Shown here one piece after another: positions 10,088 through 20,002 of a stretch of DNA of 64,000 nt. Origin of the DNA: a virus. Taxonomy: Duplodnaviria; Caudoviricetes. Each line of letters begins with the position of its first letter. The first letter of the stretch is position 1. A program made the translations under genes and the position numbers. Under the pieces are notes generated by a model. It saw nothing but the letters and a program-made list of their open reading frames with translations, was not told the DNA's origin and ran no database searches. Location of the stretch: positions 278,329 through 342,328 of IMG/VR virus record IMGVR_UViG_3300028048_000040, one strand, 5' to 3'.

Positions 10088-10738
10088 ATGGCAACATTAG
10101 ATACTACTAAATTTAAATGGGTTAGAGTTTGGTCTCCTGGTGGAGTTGTTATTAATTTCCAAGGTCAGACTGGTCTCTCTAAACCAATGGCTCTTTCTGT
10201 AGAAACTATTAAGAAATATCTTGATCAGAAATCTATCGTAGAAGAAATTAAAGATGATGAAACTACTCTTCGTCTTACTCTTGAAAACTATAATACAAAT
10301 AATGGTGGTAAAGCTGTAGAAGATACAGTTATTTTCCCTGCCGATATTGAAAAGATTCATGCTGATGCTAGAGCAGCAGAACAGCAAGCTAGAATTGATA
10401 GAATAGAGAAAGAATATAAAGAATATTTTGAGGCTAACGATGCTAAAGATATTGTTCTTCTCACTATTGCTACAACTGAACTTGTTGTAAATAAAGGTAC
10501 TATTGTAGAAGATGTTAAACTGCCAATGAAAGCAACTGCTACATTGGATGACGAATCTGAAGTAGAAGTAAAGCTTACTTGGGATACTTCTGACTTTGTT
10601 GCCAATACTGTTGGTGAATATGAACTAGTTGGTACTCCTGTACTTACTAAAGGTATTTACAATTCCGGTGGCGAAACTGTAACATTTACTCTTAAAGTAA
10701 TTGAACCTCCTGTTGCTGAAGAGCCAGAGGGTGAATAA
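10088..10738 (+). CDS. Putative virion decoration protein with C-terminal bacterial Ig-like (Big_4-type) domain
   Basis: LPMKATATLDDESEVEVKLTWD..GEYELVGT pattern; N-terminal domain paralogous to 48362..48889; late-type promoter at 10034. Confidence 0.7.
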   Translation: MATLDTTKFKWVRVWSPGGVVINFQGQTGLSKPMALSVETIKKYLDQKSIVEEIKDDETTLRLTLENYNTNNGGKAVEDTVIFPADIEKIHADARAAEQQARIDRIEKEYKEYFEANDAKDIVLLTIATTELVVNKGTIVEDVKLPMKATATLDDESEVEVKLTWDTSDFVANTVGEYELVGTPVLTKGIYNSGGETVTFTLKVIEPPVAEEPEGE

Positions 10739-10809
10739 TAGTTTAATAAAACAATTTAAGCTAGGCTGAATTATCAGCCTAGCTTTAGATTTTGAACACA
10801 ATCCTATAA

Positions 10810-13290
10810 TTGAAGGAAGGAGGATACCAGATGCAAGACTGGAAGTTTAGAATATCAGGAAAGATAATCATTCCTGGTATGGAGAATCAAACACTAAATA
10901 TATATCCAGAGAATATAAAGAGTATAGTAAGAATATCAGATTACATAGGTAGAAATGAACCTATGATGATGGCTAGAATGAATCTAGATAAGAACTTTTT
11001 TGATATTATAGTTAAGAATGCTAAAGATGCTACTTTATATCTTAAGATAGATAAGTATAATGCTAATGAAGAATTACCAAATAAAACTACTATAAAATAT
11101 ATAGAAGAAGAATTCACTATGGTAGTATCTAGTGATGTCAATTATACCAAAGATCTAGATTATATGAAATCTGGAAAAGAAGCTAATGATAAAGCTAAAT
11201 TTAATCCTAATGATGATGCTAAGGATAAATATAGAGAACTTATACTAGGATTGATGAGTAAGAAAGCTATAGATGCTAATAAGGTAGTAGCAAATAATGT
11301 ATTTAGAGATACTGATATGATGAGTATGGCATGTACTTATATGACTGATCTTCATTTATTGTTAGAACCATTTGACTATAATAAAACTAAAGATCAGTTT
11401 GTTATGCCTCCTAAAGATACTCTATCTACTACTATAGAATATCTCAATTCAGTAGAAGTATTCTATTCTACACAGTATCTATTTTTTATAGATGAACCAT
11501 ATTGTACTTATCTTATATCTAGATCTGGTAAAGGGATACAGAAAAAAGATGAGAAATATAAAGATGTATTTATCCACTTAAGAAAATCTACTGATAATAT
11601 GATGGCTGCTCCTGGTATGTATGAAGATGATCAAAATCAAAGATATGCTGTAGATGTACCAGCAGTAAGATCTAAATACAATATAGATCATGATTCTGCT
11701 AAATTATACAGTGAATTACAAGCTGTGATTAATCCAAATCAGTTAAATAACGTAGACAAGAGTAATGATGTATTAAAAATACAGAATTATATAAACAAGA
11801 CAGTTGGCACATTCAGACAATATGTGCATAACTTTGCTAAGAATATAGGTAATATAGGAGAAAGAGTATCTGTATTAAAGACTGCTTTTACTTCTAAACT
11901 AATGGATGAAGTAACTCCTAAAACCAACATAATAAACAATATACAGTCTTACTCTATGGCATCGGAACTAATGCCAACGCCTACATCTGTTGATGTTACT
12001 CAAGGAGAAATAAGCTTCCCAGTAGATTTAGTTTCTGGAGGATTTACTTCTGCAATTGCATCAGCAGTATCTTCTTACATGTCATCTGCTTATTCTCAAA
12101 TAGCAGGTTTAGGAACAATGAATGGATGTTTTGGCCAAGTATCAGATAATCTTATTCCAGCATATTATAAAGCTACTAACTTAGATAATTTTTTAGGATC
12201 TGTAACTCATATAAATGCTCAGGATGTTATAGCTAAGACTACTAAAATGGGATCAGGAATTGGATCGGCTTCTAATAGTATAACTAGTTATTTCTCTTCT
12301 AATGTATCAGGAAAGATTAATACCATATCAAATGCAGCCTCATCTGTTTCTGCTGTATCTAATCAAATGCAAAGTGCTAAATCTACTATAGAGACAATAC
12401 AGGCTGGAGCTAGTTATGGATTAGTAATGGAACAACATGCTGGAGCAGATACAAATCTTAACTATGTTAAAGAGAATGCTGATAGAGTAACTAAATGGAG
12501 TAATGAAATCAATTCTGCTTGTAATGCTATGAAGTCTACTGTATCTGCTTGTGGATCTATTGTATCTACTTATGGTAATTTTGCTAATAATGTAACCACC
12601 TTTACTAATGGATTAAATTCTATAGTAAATGTAGATTTGAAATCCAAGTTCTGTAATATAACTCCAGTAGCTAATCAGATTCAAGGCATAGGAAATACAT
12701 TGAACAAAGTAACTAATGCTATGAGTGTATTCTCTAATATATCTAGTATCTTAAGCTCAGGTTCTTTAAACTTAGATTCTCTTAGAGCTATATCTCAGAA
12801 CCTTAATAAGATTAAAGATATAACAGCTATAGGAAAGACAGGAATACCTGCTATAAATGTAGCTTTACAATTGGGTAATCTAGCAAATGTATTTAAACCT
12901 GGTACTAAACTAATTAAGACTAGGAATGATAATCCTAATCAGATAAAAAATATAAAATCTGAAATAGAAACTATGGTCAATCAAGTATCATTTAGCAAAC
13001 CAGGATTAGATCCGTCTGTATTTACTCCTAATAAGAGATATACTATAAAGAACTTTGATGGTCATTCAGAGAAGGATGGTATATTTATCTTAAATAAGAA
13101 AATAGAAGCATATGTAAGAGAAGGAGATAGTTTTGTATGTACTCTCACATTGTACTTCTCTAAGATATTAGAGGAGTCCAATACAGATAAGTCAGAAAAT
13201 AATGCTAAAAATGAATCCGCTACATCTAAATCATCTGATTCTCTTTCTGCTTCACAAGCACTTCAAATGCAAAATATTATTATGTACTAA
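10810..13290 (+). CDS. Putative baseplate hub/tail structural protein with Ser/Asn-rich insertion
   Basis: 826 aa; late-type promoter at 10797; C-terminal FTPNKRYTIK..DGIFIL..K resembles hub-type beta domains. Confidence 0.45.
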   Translation: MKEGGYQMQDWKFRISGKIIIPGMENQTLNIYPENIKSIVRISDYIGRNEPMMMARMNLDKNFFDIIVKNAKDATLYLKIDKYNANEELPNKTTIKYIEEEFTMVVSSDVNYTKDLDYMKSGKEANDKAKFNPNDDAKDKYRELILGLMSKKAIDANKVVANNVFRDTDMMSMACTYMTDLHLLLEPFDYNKTKDQFVMPPKDTLSTTIEYLNSVEVFYSTQYLFFIDEPYCTYLISRSGKGIQKKDEKYKDVFIHLRKSTDNMMAAPGMYEDDQNQRYAVDVPAVRSKYNIDHDSAKLYSELQAVINPNQLNNVDKSNDVLKIQNYINKTVGTFRQYVHNFAKNIGNIGERVSVLKTAFTSKLMDEVTPKTNIINNIQSYSMASELMPTPTSVDVTQGEISFPVDLVSGGFTSAIASAVSSYMSSAYSQIAGLGTMNGCFGQVSDNLIPAYYKATNLDNFLGSVTHINAQDVIAKTTKMGSGIGSASNSITSYFSSNVSGKINTISNAASSVSAVSNQMQSAKSTIETIQAGASYGLVMEQHAGADTNLNYVKENADRVTKWSNEINSACNAMKSTVSACGSIVSTYGNFANNVTTFTNGLNSIVNVDLKSKFCNITPVANQIQGIGNTLNKVTNAMSVFSNISSILSSGSLNLDSLRAISQNLNKIKDITAIGKTGIPAINVALQLGNLANVFKPGTKLIKTRNDNPNQIKNIKSEIETMVNQVSFSKPGLDPSVFTPNKRYTIKNFDGHSEKDGIFILNKKIEAYVREGDSFVCTLTLYFSKILEESNTDKSENNAKNESATSKSSDSLSASQALQMQNIIMY

Positions 13291-13298
13291 AAAAGATA

Positions 13299-13323
13299 TC
13301 CCTGATGCTATTAGCATCAGGGA
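13299..13323. terminator. Bidirectional terminator between convergent genes
   Basis: TCCCTGATGC/GCATCAGGGA stem. Confidence 0.75.
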
Positions 13324-13328
13324 AACTA

Positions 13329-14408
13329 TTACATTAGTTTATCTATACTAAGAGGACAATCTTTAAAATATTTACTATTAATATCCCATAAAGTTTGCAT
13401 ATCAGGTTTCTGAGCTATCCATCCAAACTCTTTAGATTCTGGTAATACACTATATTCAGCTAATTGATGATAGATATCTAAACACTTATATCTATTTTGT
13501 ATATCCTCTAAAGTAATAACTTTATTACCACCATATATAGTCTTGAATCCTTGATATATCTCTTCAGGACTAAAGTTACTATGAAGAGATGCCAATCCAC
13601 ATATAAGTTGTAATACTCTTTCATATGATAATAATGGATGCACACCATACTTAGCAGGATATTTTCCTAAACCTCCTAATATCATATATGGAGTCATCCA
13701 TATAGGATTTAGTGGTTCTTGTACTTCTACATTTCTTATATACCTAATATATTCATTAAGACAATTGTTATAGTTGAAACTAAATGAACAATCTAATCCA
13801 TTCATTTTATACTGTTTAAAGAATACAACTACATTAGGCATAACTGCTGGTAACTGAAAAGCATATGGATCTCTAGTTACATATACACATGGTCTATCAA
13901 ATCCATTATTCACTAATTGCCTTATTATATCGAATGATATAACAACAGGACTAGCAGTTCCTATCTTTAGAAACATATCTGGTATAGATGGCATTAGAGT
14001 ATTCATAAGATCTAATGCTGCTTTTATGTTATTTAAAGCATTAGGATTAGCCATCATTCTATTACTATATTCAATATACCAATCTTTAACATACTTTCTA
14101 TTATTCTGAGACATGTTAGGAGAGAATATAAAGAATATATTAGAATATAATCCTCTCTTACCAAAGAAGTTTCTATAATGTATACCCATATTTATAATAG
14201 CACTAGCTATTCTTATTGGGCTACCTTGAGCTGTAATTGTAACTCTATATAGATCGCTTAATAATGAGAATAGATCTATATACACATTCACATAGTCAGA
14301 TTTATCACCAGTAAACTCTTTCTTAAATAACACATCTAAAGTATCAAACTTTATGTAGTTCTTAAATACTAATAGTTCTGGTGATGGTTGTTCTGTTTCA
14401 TACCCCAT
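13329..14408 (-). CDS. Hypothetical protein, possibly divergent 5'-3' exonuclease/flap (PIN-like) fold
   Basis: VYIDL start followed by helix and FFIFS strand; catalytic residues not convincingly present. Confidence 0.4.
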   Translation of the reverse strand: MGYETEQPSPELLVFKNYIKFDTLDVLFKKEFTGDKSDYVNVYIDLFSLLSDLYRVTITAQGSPIRIASAIINMGIHYRNFFGKRGLYSNIFFIFSPNMSQNNRKYVKDWYIEYSNRMMANPNALNNIKAALDLMNTLMPSIPDMFLKIGTASPVVISFDIIRQLVNNGFDRPCVYVTRDPYAFQLPAVMPNVVVFFKQYKMNGLDCSFSFNYNNCLNEYIRYIRNVEVQEPLNPIWMTPYMILGGLGKYPAKYGVHPLLSYERVLQLICGLASLHSNFSPEEIYQGFKTIYGGNKVITLEDIQNRYKCLDIYHQLAEYSVLPESKEFGWIAQKPDMQTLWDINSKYFKDCPLSIDKLM

Positions 14409-14428
14409 TTTACTACCCCTTTATTTGA

Positions 14429-14998
14429 TTAATGAAATGACGGTGTATCACTCATATCTTTTCTATGATAATCACAATCATGTCTACCATGACAGTAACA
14501 TTCTACTTTGTATTGATCATTAAATAATTCATGATTAAAACAATCATCACATATGCCAGAGAATGGTATAACAGCAGGATGATGTTGTTTACGACCACAA
14601 TGCACACAGGTGAATGGCAATACTTCTCTAGCATGAATTCTATCTAGACAACTTTGACACCAATATTCTCTCATCTCTCTAGGATCCACACTAAACTTTT
14701 CTTTGCATATAGAACAGATAGTCCAATACTTCTTAGTTAATGGAGCAGTTTCTTCCTGATCAAACATACAATTCTCTGCCATGCAATTACCATAAAGATC
14801 TATATACTTACATGCTTCTTTATGATATTTACATTCTTCAAACTGAAGCATTTGTCTATCAGCATTGTCTCCTTTAACTTCTTTAGTACCATTCTTACTA
14901 AATGCAGCTTTTTTATTCTGTTCATATGCTAAAGATTCTGTATTATCAGAAGTTCTAACAGATCCATCAGGATTGGTTATACCATCAACACTAGGCAT
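14429..14998 (-). CDS. Cys-rich multi-zinc-finger protein
   Basis: CSIC, CQSC, CVHC and CDDC pairs plus extra Cys/His clusters. Confidence 0.7.
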   Translation of the reverse strand: MPSVDGITNPDGSVRTSDNTESLAYEQNKKAAFSKNGTKEVKGDNADRQMLQFEECKYHKEACKYIDLYGNCMAENCMFDQEETAPLTKKYWTICSICKEKFSVDPREMREYWCQSCLDRIHAREVLPFTCVHCGRKQHHPAVIPFSGICDDCFNHELFNDQYKVECYCHGRHDCDYHRKDMSDTPSFH

Positions 14999-15057
14999 AC
15001 TTATTCATCTCCTTTAAAAAATATACTGATGGGAGGCCGAACCCATCAGTATATATT

Positions 15058-15477
15058 TCATTCCATATTAATGAAACTAGCAGGATCATAATAATCCTCA
15101 TCTGATATTTCTATCTCAGAATCTTTAGCTTCATTAACCTTTGCTTTACCAATAGCCTTAACTAAAGCTTGATCAAAGTCTTCTCTACTCTTAAGGTTAT
15201 TAAGTATTACGTCTGTCTTACCAAATCCTAATTTAGTCATTGTATGAACTAAGTTATGTGGACCATCTTCTGTCAAGAATGAAACTCCTTTAAGAGGTTT
15301 ATCTCCATTCTCTTCAACTACCCATCTTCTTAGTTCTAGCTTATAATTCTCTCTACCACCCCAAGCTACTTCCCTAAGCATAATAGTAGAATTATTCTTC
15401 TCATCTATTAACTCGTTGATACCATCTTTCTTGATATCAAAAGTTATTACTCCGTCTTTCTTAAACATAGATATCAC
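15058..15477 (-). CDS. YdbC/PC4-like ssDNA-binding protein
   Basis: LREVAWGG..KLELRRW..PLKGVSF pattern; acidic C-terminal tail. Confidence 0.75.
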   Translation of the reverse strand: MISMFKKDGVITFDIKKDGINELIDEKNNSTIMLREVAWGGRENYKLELRRWVVEENGDKPLKGVSFLTEDGPHNLVHTMTKLGFGKTDVILNNLKSREDFDQALVKAIGKAKVNEAKDSEIEISDEDYYDPASFINME

Positions 15478-15492
15478 CTTTTTTAAAAATAA

Positions 15493-15520
15493 TTGAGTAG
15501 GGGATTTCTCCCCTACTCAA
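15493..15520 (-). terminator. Intrinsic terminator
   Basis: TTGAGTAGGGGA/TCCCCTACTCAA stem. Confidence 0.75.
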
Positions 15521-15542
15521 CTGTTACTCTTGTGATAACTAA

Positions 15543-16319
15543 TTAGTTGCAAACAACAATACCAAGATTGTTGGCAGTGCCGAAACCAAACTTACGAATC
15601 AGAGCCTGTACATCATCAGCGTCCACACGATAAATGAACATAATCCAATTCTGATTGATGTTATAACCACCAGCAGTCATCAGATTGTTCACAACAGGAT
15701 TACCAATCTGGATGAGATAGCTGTATTTGGTGTGCTTATCATCAGCATAAATACGACGAACCAGTTTGGTGAAATCAATCGTAACTGCAAAAGCAGTAAT
15801 GCTACGACCAAAACCATCAGGGATAGCTTGTTCAGCAGTAATAGCATCCCAATTGATCTTACCATTCTTCTGATTAATAGCCTGAGACGGAACGAATTCA
15901 CTCAAGATGGATTTACCTTCTTCAGTGAGTTTGAACTGCTTAGGACGAGTACCATTATTATGGATGAAGTTATATGCCTTCATACGGCTAATAGCACTCT
16001 TGTTGTTGTCAGAAGTCAGAATAGGAGTGATAGCCTTGAATGGACCATTCTCTTCATCATAACCCATTTCAACATCAGTATGCTGACCATCATCAGTGAA
16101 ATAGATAGTGGTCATAACACGACGGTTCTGAACCACTTCGATTTTGCTACCATAGAACTGAGGAAGAGCAGGGCTGAAAACATTGTTAATCAGCTGAGCA
16201 AAAGTGTCAGTATCTGCAATAGCAGTCTCTAACAGTTTCGGGAATTCAAGATTACCCAATTCAAGTTTTGCTACGCTCTTCTTTGCCTGTTCCTGATTGT
16301 TGTTGTTAATTTGTGACAT
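15543..16319 (-). CDS. Hypothetical protein, probably highly expressed
   Basis: 258 aa; GAGGAGG SD; codons richer in C-endings; own terminator. Confidence 0.75.
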   Translation of the reverse strand: MSQINNNNQEQAKKSVAKLELGNLEFPKLLETAIADTDTFAQLINNVFSPALPQFYGSKIEVVQNRRVMTTIYFTDDGQHTDVEMGYDEENGPFKAITPILTSDNNKSAISRMKAYNFIHNNGTRPKQFKLTEEGKSILSEFVPSQAINQKNGKINWDAITAEQAIPDGFGRSITAFAVTIDFTKLVRRIYADDKHTKYSYLIQIGNPVVNNLMTAGGYNINQNWIMFIYRVDADDVQALIRKFGFGTANNLGIVVCN

Positions 16320-16422
16320 AATTAATGTCCTCCCTCTATAATTATAGATTGTTTTGAGTGTATACTGCAGCGGCCTATCTGCAACACTCGCTTATATATT
16401 AAAGTGTTTCCACTCTAATACC

Positions 16423-17526
16423 TTAATTGGATTTCTTGGTTAGAAATGTTTTCAATTCATCTACAGATAATGCTGTTTCTTTATTCTCTAAAGTATCTTC
16501 TATTATCTGTCTAACCACTGGTTTATTTCTATATATCAAAACATAGATCTTATTATCTTTCATTGTCTTAACAAGTACTATGTTGTCTTTTGGGTTTTTA
16601 ATTCTTAACTGATCTAGATTTACATAATCTGTATATTCCATAGTTCTTATAGATACTGGATCTATTGTACTATTTGAATTATGCATCTTATCAAGTGTTG
16701 TTCCATGGTCATATGTCTCTATTATTCGTAAAAGAGAAGGATATTCATTAAGACCTTTATTCATTTCATAGATTGACTCTATGAAATGATCTCCTCTTCT
16801 ATTTTCTGGAAACATTGTATCTGGGATTATATTCATTACATTACAGATTGGATAACTCATTCTCTCTATCTGTTTAATGAATCCCAACAATGATTTTGTT
16901 GTAAACACTTTTTTATCTATACCTAAATCATAGATACCATTGATACTCATAGATAGACTTCTTAATATTTCTAACCATCTCTTTCTATCTATGAACTTGA
17001 ACAGATCTACTAAGTTATCTTCTTTATATCCATATACAATAAACCTCTTTTCTTGATGTACTCCTTTTGTAAAATCTTTATCCTTAGGAATACATATACA
17101 ACAATCTTGATCTAATGGTACTGCTAATGCTGATACCTTTTCATGTCTATTTACCTCCTTTACTGCTTCTATACTATTTGACTTCATATATCTCAAATAC
17201 ATACCCAATATATCCACACATTGGAAGTATGTCATGAATGTTCCGTTTTTATATGTAGGCTCATACTCATTGACTGTTATTACTAAAGATCTTCTTATAT
17301 CTACATCTGTTATATATCTTATAGCAAATGTAATATCTGGTTTGATAGTCGTATAGAATTTGTGCAAGTTTATCTTATCAATAGTTATTCTCTTAGATCC
17401 TTTCTTTACTACCACATTATCTGCATCTTCTTCTAATACTCTTATATCGTCTGGTAATGGAAAATCTTCTTTGACTGTTTCTGATAGATAGAACTTTCTA
17501 CCTATTAGACTATTCATACCGACCAT
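16423..17526 (-). CDS. Early hypothetical protein
   Basis: 367 aa; early-type promoter at 17594-17609 (minus strand). Confidence 0.7.
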   Translation of the reverse strand: MVGMNSLIGRKFYLSETVKEDFPLPDDIRVLEEDADNVVVKKGSKRITIDKINLHKFYTTIKPDITFAIRYITDVDIRRSLVITVNEYEPTYKNGTFMTYFQCVDILGMYLRYMKSNSIEAVKEVNRHEKVSALAVPLDQDCCICIPKDKDFTKGVHQEKRFIVYGYKEDNLVDLFKFIDRKRWLEILRSLSMSINGIYDLGIDKKVFTTKSLLGFIKQIERMSYPICNVMNIIPDTMFPENRRGDHFIESIYEMNKGLNEYPSLLRIIETYDHGTTLDKMHNSNSTIDPVSIRTMEYTDYVNLDQLRIKNPKDNIVLVKTMKDNKIYVLIYRNKPVVRQIIEDTLENKETALSVDELKTFLTKKSN

Positions 17527-17623
17527 AAGAAAAAATCTCCCTTCAGAAATAGATTAAAATATAACTGATAGGATTTACATCCTATCAGTTATTCATATTA
17601 ATAGTATATGCCTGAAAATTTTT

Positions 17624-19153
17624 TTACTTTACAGAAAATCCATTAAGTGTATCGCTGAATTCTTTATAGTTTACTCTATTGAATCCAGTTTTATCTATTG
17701 TTGTAGAATCATTAGATTCTAATAAAACTTGTAGATCTAATTTAGGCATTCTGAAATATCCTTCTTGTAAGTGAGAAGTATCTATATCTTTACTAGAATA
17801 AATATTAAGTTTGGAATACATCTTAGCTCTATCATAACTATCTGCTTCTCCTCTATATAGTATATAACTATATATAGGTTTGTTTGGGAGAAGATTTATT
17901 TCTTCTCCTCTGACAAGAGTTATTAAACAATGAGCAAGATGAATATAGAATAGTTTGTCATTAGCAACTACAGGACAATCTATATCTAATTTATCACAAA
18001 TGTCTTGAACAAAGTTTTTAGGTGTAGAGTTTTTTTCATTCATCTCTTTTATTCCAGACGATATGTTGTTGTAAAGCTCATCTGACATTGGTAAGAAATA
18101 TACACATAAGAAATCATCTTCATCATTCTTAAGATCCTTAATTGTTATCTTTCTTCCAATTTTACCTCTAGTAAATTCATACAGAGTATCAGATAATGGA
18201 TCTAATCCTATAGCTATTCTAGTAGCTAATTCATTATTAATCATAGTATGAAGGAAGAATACAGATATTCCTTTAGTACTTTGAGCAGCTTCTTCTGTAA
18301 TTACACCATACTCATTTATATAAGATAAGTCTATAAAGTATCTATTGGTAAATACTTCTTTAGATAAAGCTTCATTAACTCTATCAGAGTAGATACTTCT
18401 ATCTTTGTATACTTGCTCATCTAATATACCAAAAAGCGCTTTATCTGGTTTTTCTGATATATCGAGTTTATAAGTATTTACTCCATAACATCTCATTTTG
18501 AAATCTTCGAACCATGCTTTAGGAACTTCTAAATGATTATCCTCAATCTCTTTAGGAGTAAAGAATGATTCTTTAAAATATCCTATTGGATATACTTCAT
18601 CATCATCTCTTTTTAACAATCCTTCTTGAATATTTCTAGCATAGCTTTTAACTTCTTTAGCTATAATAGAATCTCCAGTATCTAGATTTTGCATAGCTTC
18701 TATAAGATATAACTGCTCTAGAATATCATAACTTTTTTCTATAGCTCTAAGATAATAAAATGGTTTATTCCAAGATTCAGATAATCTTAAAGCTTGATTA
18801 AAGTCATCATGATAATTAGGAAAGTTTTCATTAAATGTTTTATCTGATGGAGAATACACTTTAGGAATTTCTGTATTCTTAATATCAGCTTTAGTAAACT
18901 TAGCTTTTAATCTAGGATATCTTTCTTCATTATTAGACCCAAAAAGGCTAATCGATTTTTCATTTGCTACTAGTCTTTGATCATATCCCATCATATCCCA
19001 TTTAGCTTTATCTTTTTCTAATTCAGCTTCAGAGTTATATGACTGCTTGAATACAATCATATTAGGATATTCCATTCTAAATCGATTTACTTCTTTATCT
19101 TTGAAATTATCATCTGTAAATCTAGCAGGTGTGTTTAAATTGCTTAACTTCAT
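17624..19153 (-). CDS. Hypothetical protein
   Basis: 509-aa ORF coupled to the upstream gene. Confidence 0.7.
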   Translation of the reverse strand: MKLSNLNTPARFTDDNFKDKEVNRFRMEYPNMIVFKQSYNSEAELEKDKAKWDMMGYDQRLVANEKSISLFGSNNEERYPRLKAKFTKADIKNTEIPKVYSPSDKTFNENFPNYHDDFNQALRLSESWNKPFYYLRAIEKSYDILEQLYLIEAMQNLDTGDSIIAKEVKSYARNIQEGLLKRDDDEVYPIGYFKESFFTPKEIEDNHLEVPKAWFEDFKMRCYGVNTYKLDISEKPDKALFGILDEQVYKDRSIYSDRVNEALSKEVFTNRYFIDLSYINEYGVITEEAAQSTKGISVFFLHTMINNELATRIAIGLDPLSDTLYEFTRGKIGRKITIKDLKNDEDDFLCVYFLPMSDELYNNISSGIKEMNEKNSTPKNFVQDICDKLDIDCPVVANDKLFYIHLAHCLITLVRGEEINLLPNKPIYSYILYRGEADSYDRAKMYSKLNIYSSKDIDTSHLQEGYFRMPKLDLQVLLESNDSTTIDKTGFNRVNYKEFSDTLNGFSVK

Positions 19154-19165
19154 ACAAATATCCCC

Positions 19166-19897
19166 TTAAATAATATCTTCAAAGTATATATCTTTCATCT
19201 CATGTACAGATTCTGTTCTCTTATGAGTAATCTCATTATACCCATAGAATCCTTTATAATCTTCAAAGATTAGTATGCTCTTATTATCTAATTTAGATAA
19301 GATATCTTCTGCTAGTCTTTTATCTCTCTTATTGAGAATAGGAATGTGATTCTCTAGAGTATTAAATGGAGATTTAGAATCAGGAATATATTCACTATCC
19401 TTTTCTCTCTTTTCTTTTTTAAAATGCTCAAAAGATGTCATTGTATCTTGACCAGCAGAACTTATAGCTTTACTCATCTTATCTAGCTCTATTTCTTCTA
19501 ACATAGGATCATATTTAGCTTGATCAGGAACTAATAATTTATGACCAGTGAAAGCTTCATATATATAGTTTCTATCATGTACAGGTCTATCTTCATAATC
19601 TATGTTAGTTTCCTCCAATAGACTATCAAATATTTCATCTGCTTTAGGATTAAGAGAGTAAAATCCTGTAATATAATCTTCTCCTAATGTAGTAGCTACT
19701 GTATTCTTAATTACTTTACCTTTACCATCTATACTTAAAGAAGTACTATCCTTATCTAAAGATTTAGATACACTATAGTCTCCCCAACCACCACTTAAAT
19801 CTTTATCATTAGATAAAGAGTTTACTATCATATTACCTCTTCCTGTACCAGGACCTACCATAGGATTCATAGAGGCTAAACCCATTGCTTCATTCAT
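19166..19897 (-). CDS. Hypothetical protein
   Basis: 243-aa ORF with AAGGAGG SD. Confidence 0.7.
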   Translation of the reverse strand: MNEAMGLASMNPMVGPGTGRGNMIVNSLSNDKDLSGGWGDYSVSKSLDKDSTSLSIDGKGKVIKNTVATTLGEDYITGFYSLNPKADEIFDSLLEETNIDYEDRPVHDRNYIYEAFTGHKLLVPDQAKYDPMLEEIELDKMSKAISSAGQDTMTSFEHFKKEKREKDSEYIPDSKSPFNTLENHIPILNKRDKRLAEDILSKLDNKSILIFEDYKGFYGYNEITHKRTESVHEMKDIYFEDII

Positions 19898-19949
19898 TTT
19901 AAAACCTCCTTATACCAATTACATAAAAGTTTATCTAAGGAATAATGCT

Positions 19950-19983
19950 AAAAAAACACTGGCGGGATAAACCCACCAGTGTT
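19950..19983 (-). terminator. Terminator of the TpsB gene
   Basis: GC-rich stem with an A-run on its plus-strand 5' side. Confidence 0.75.
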
Positions 19984-20002
19984 ACTTTGTGTAATATTAC
20001 TA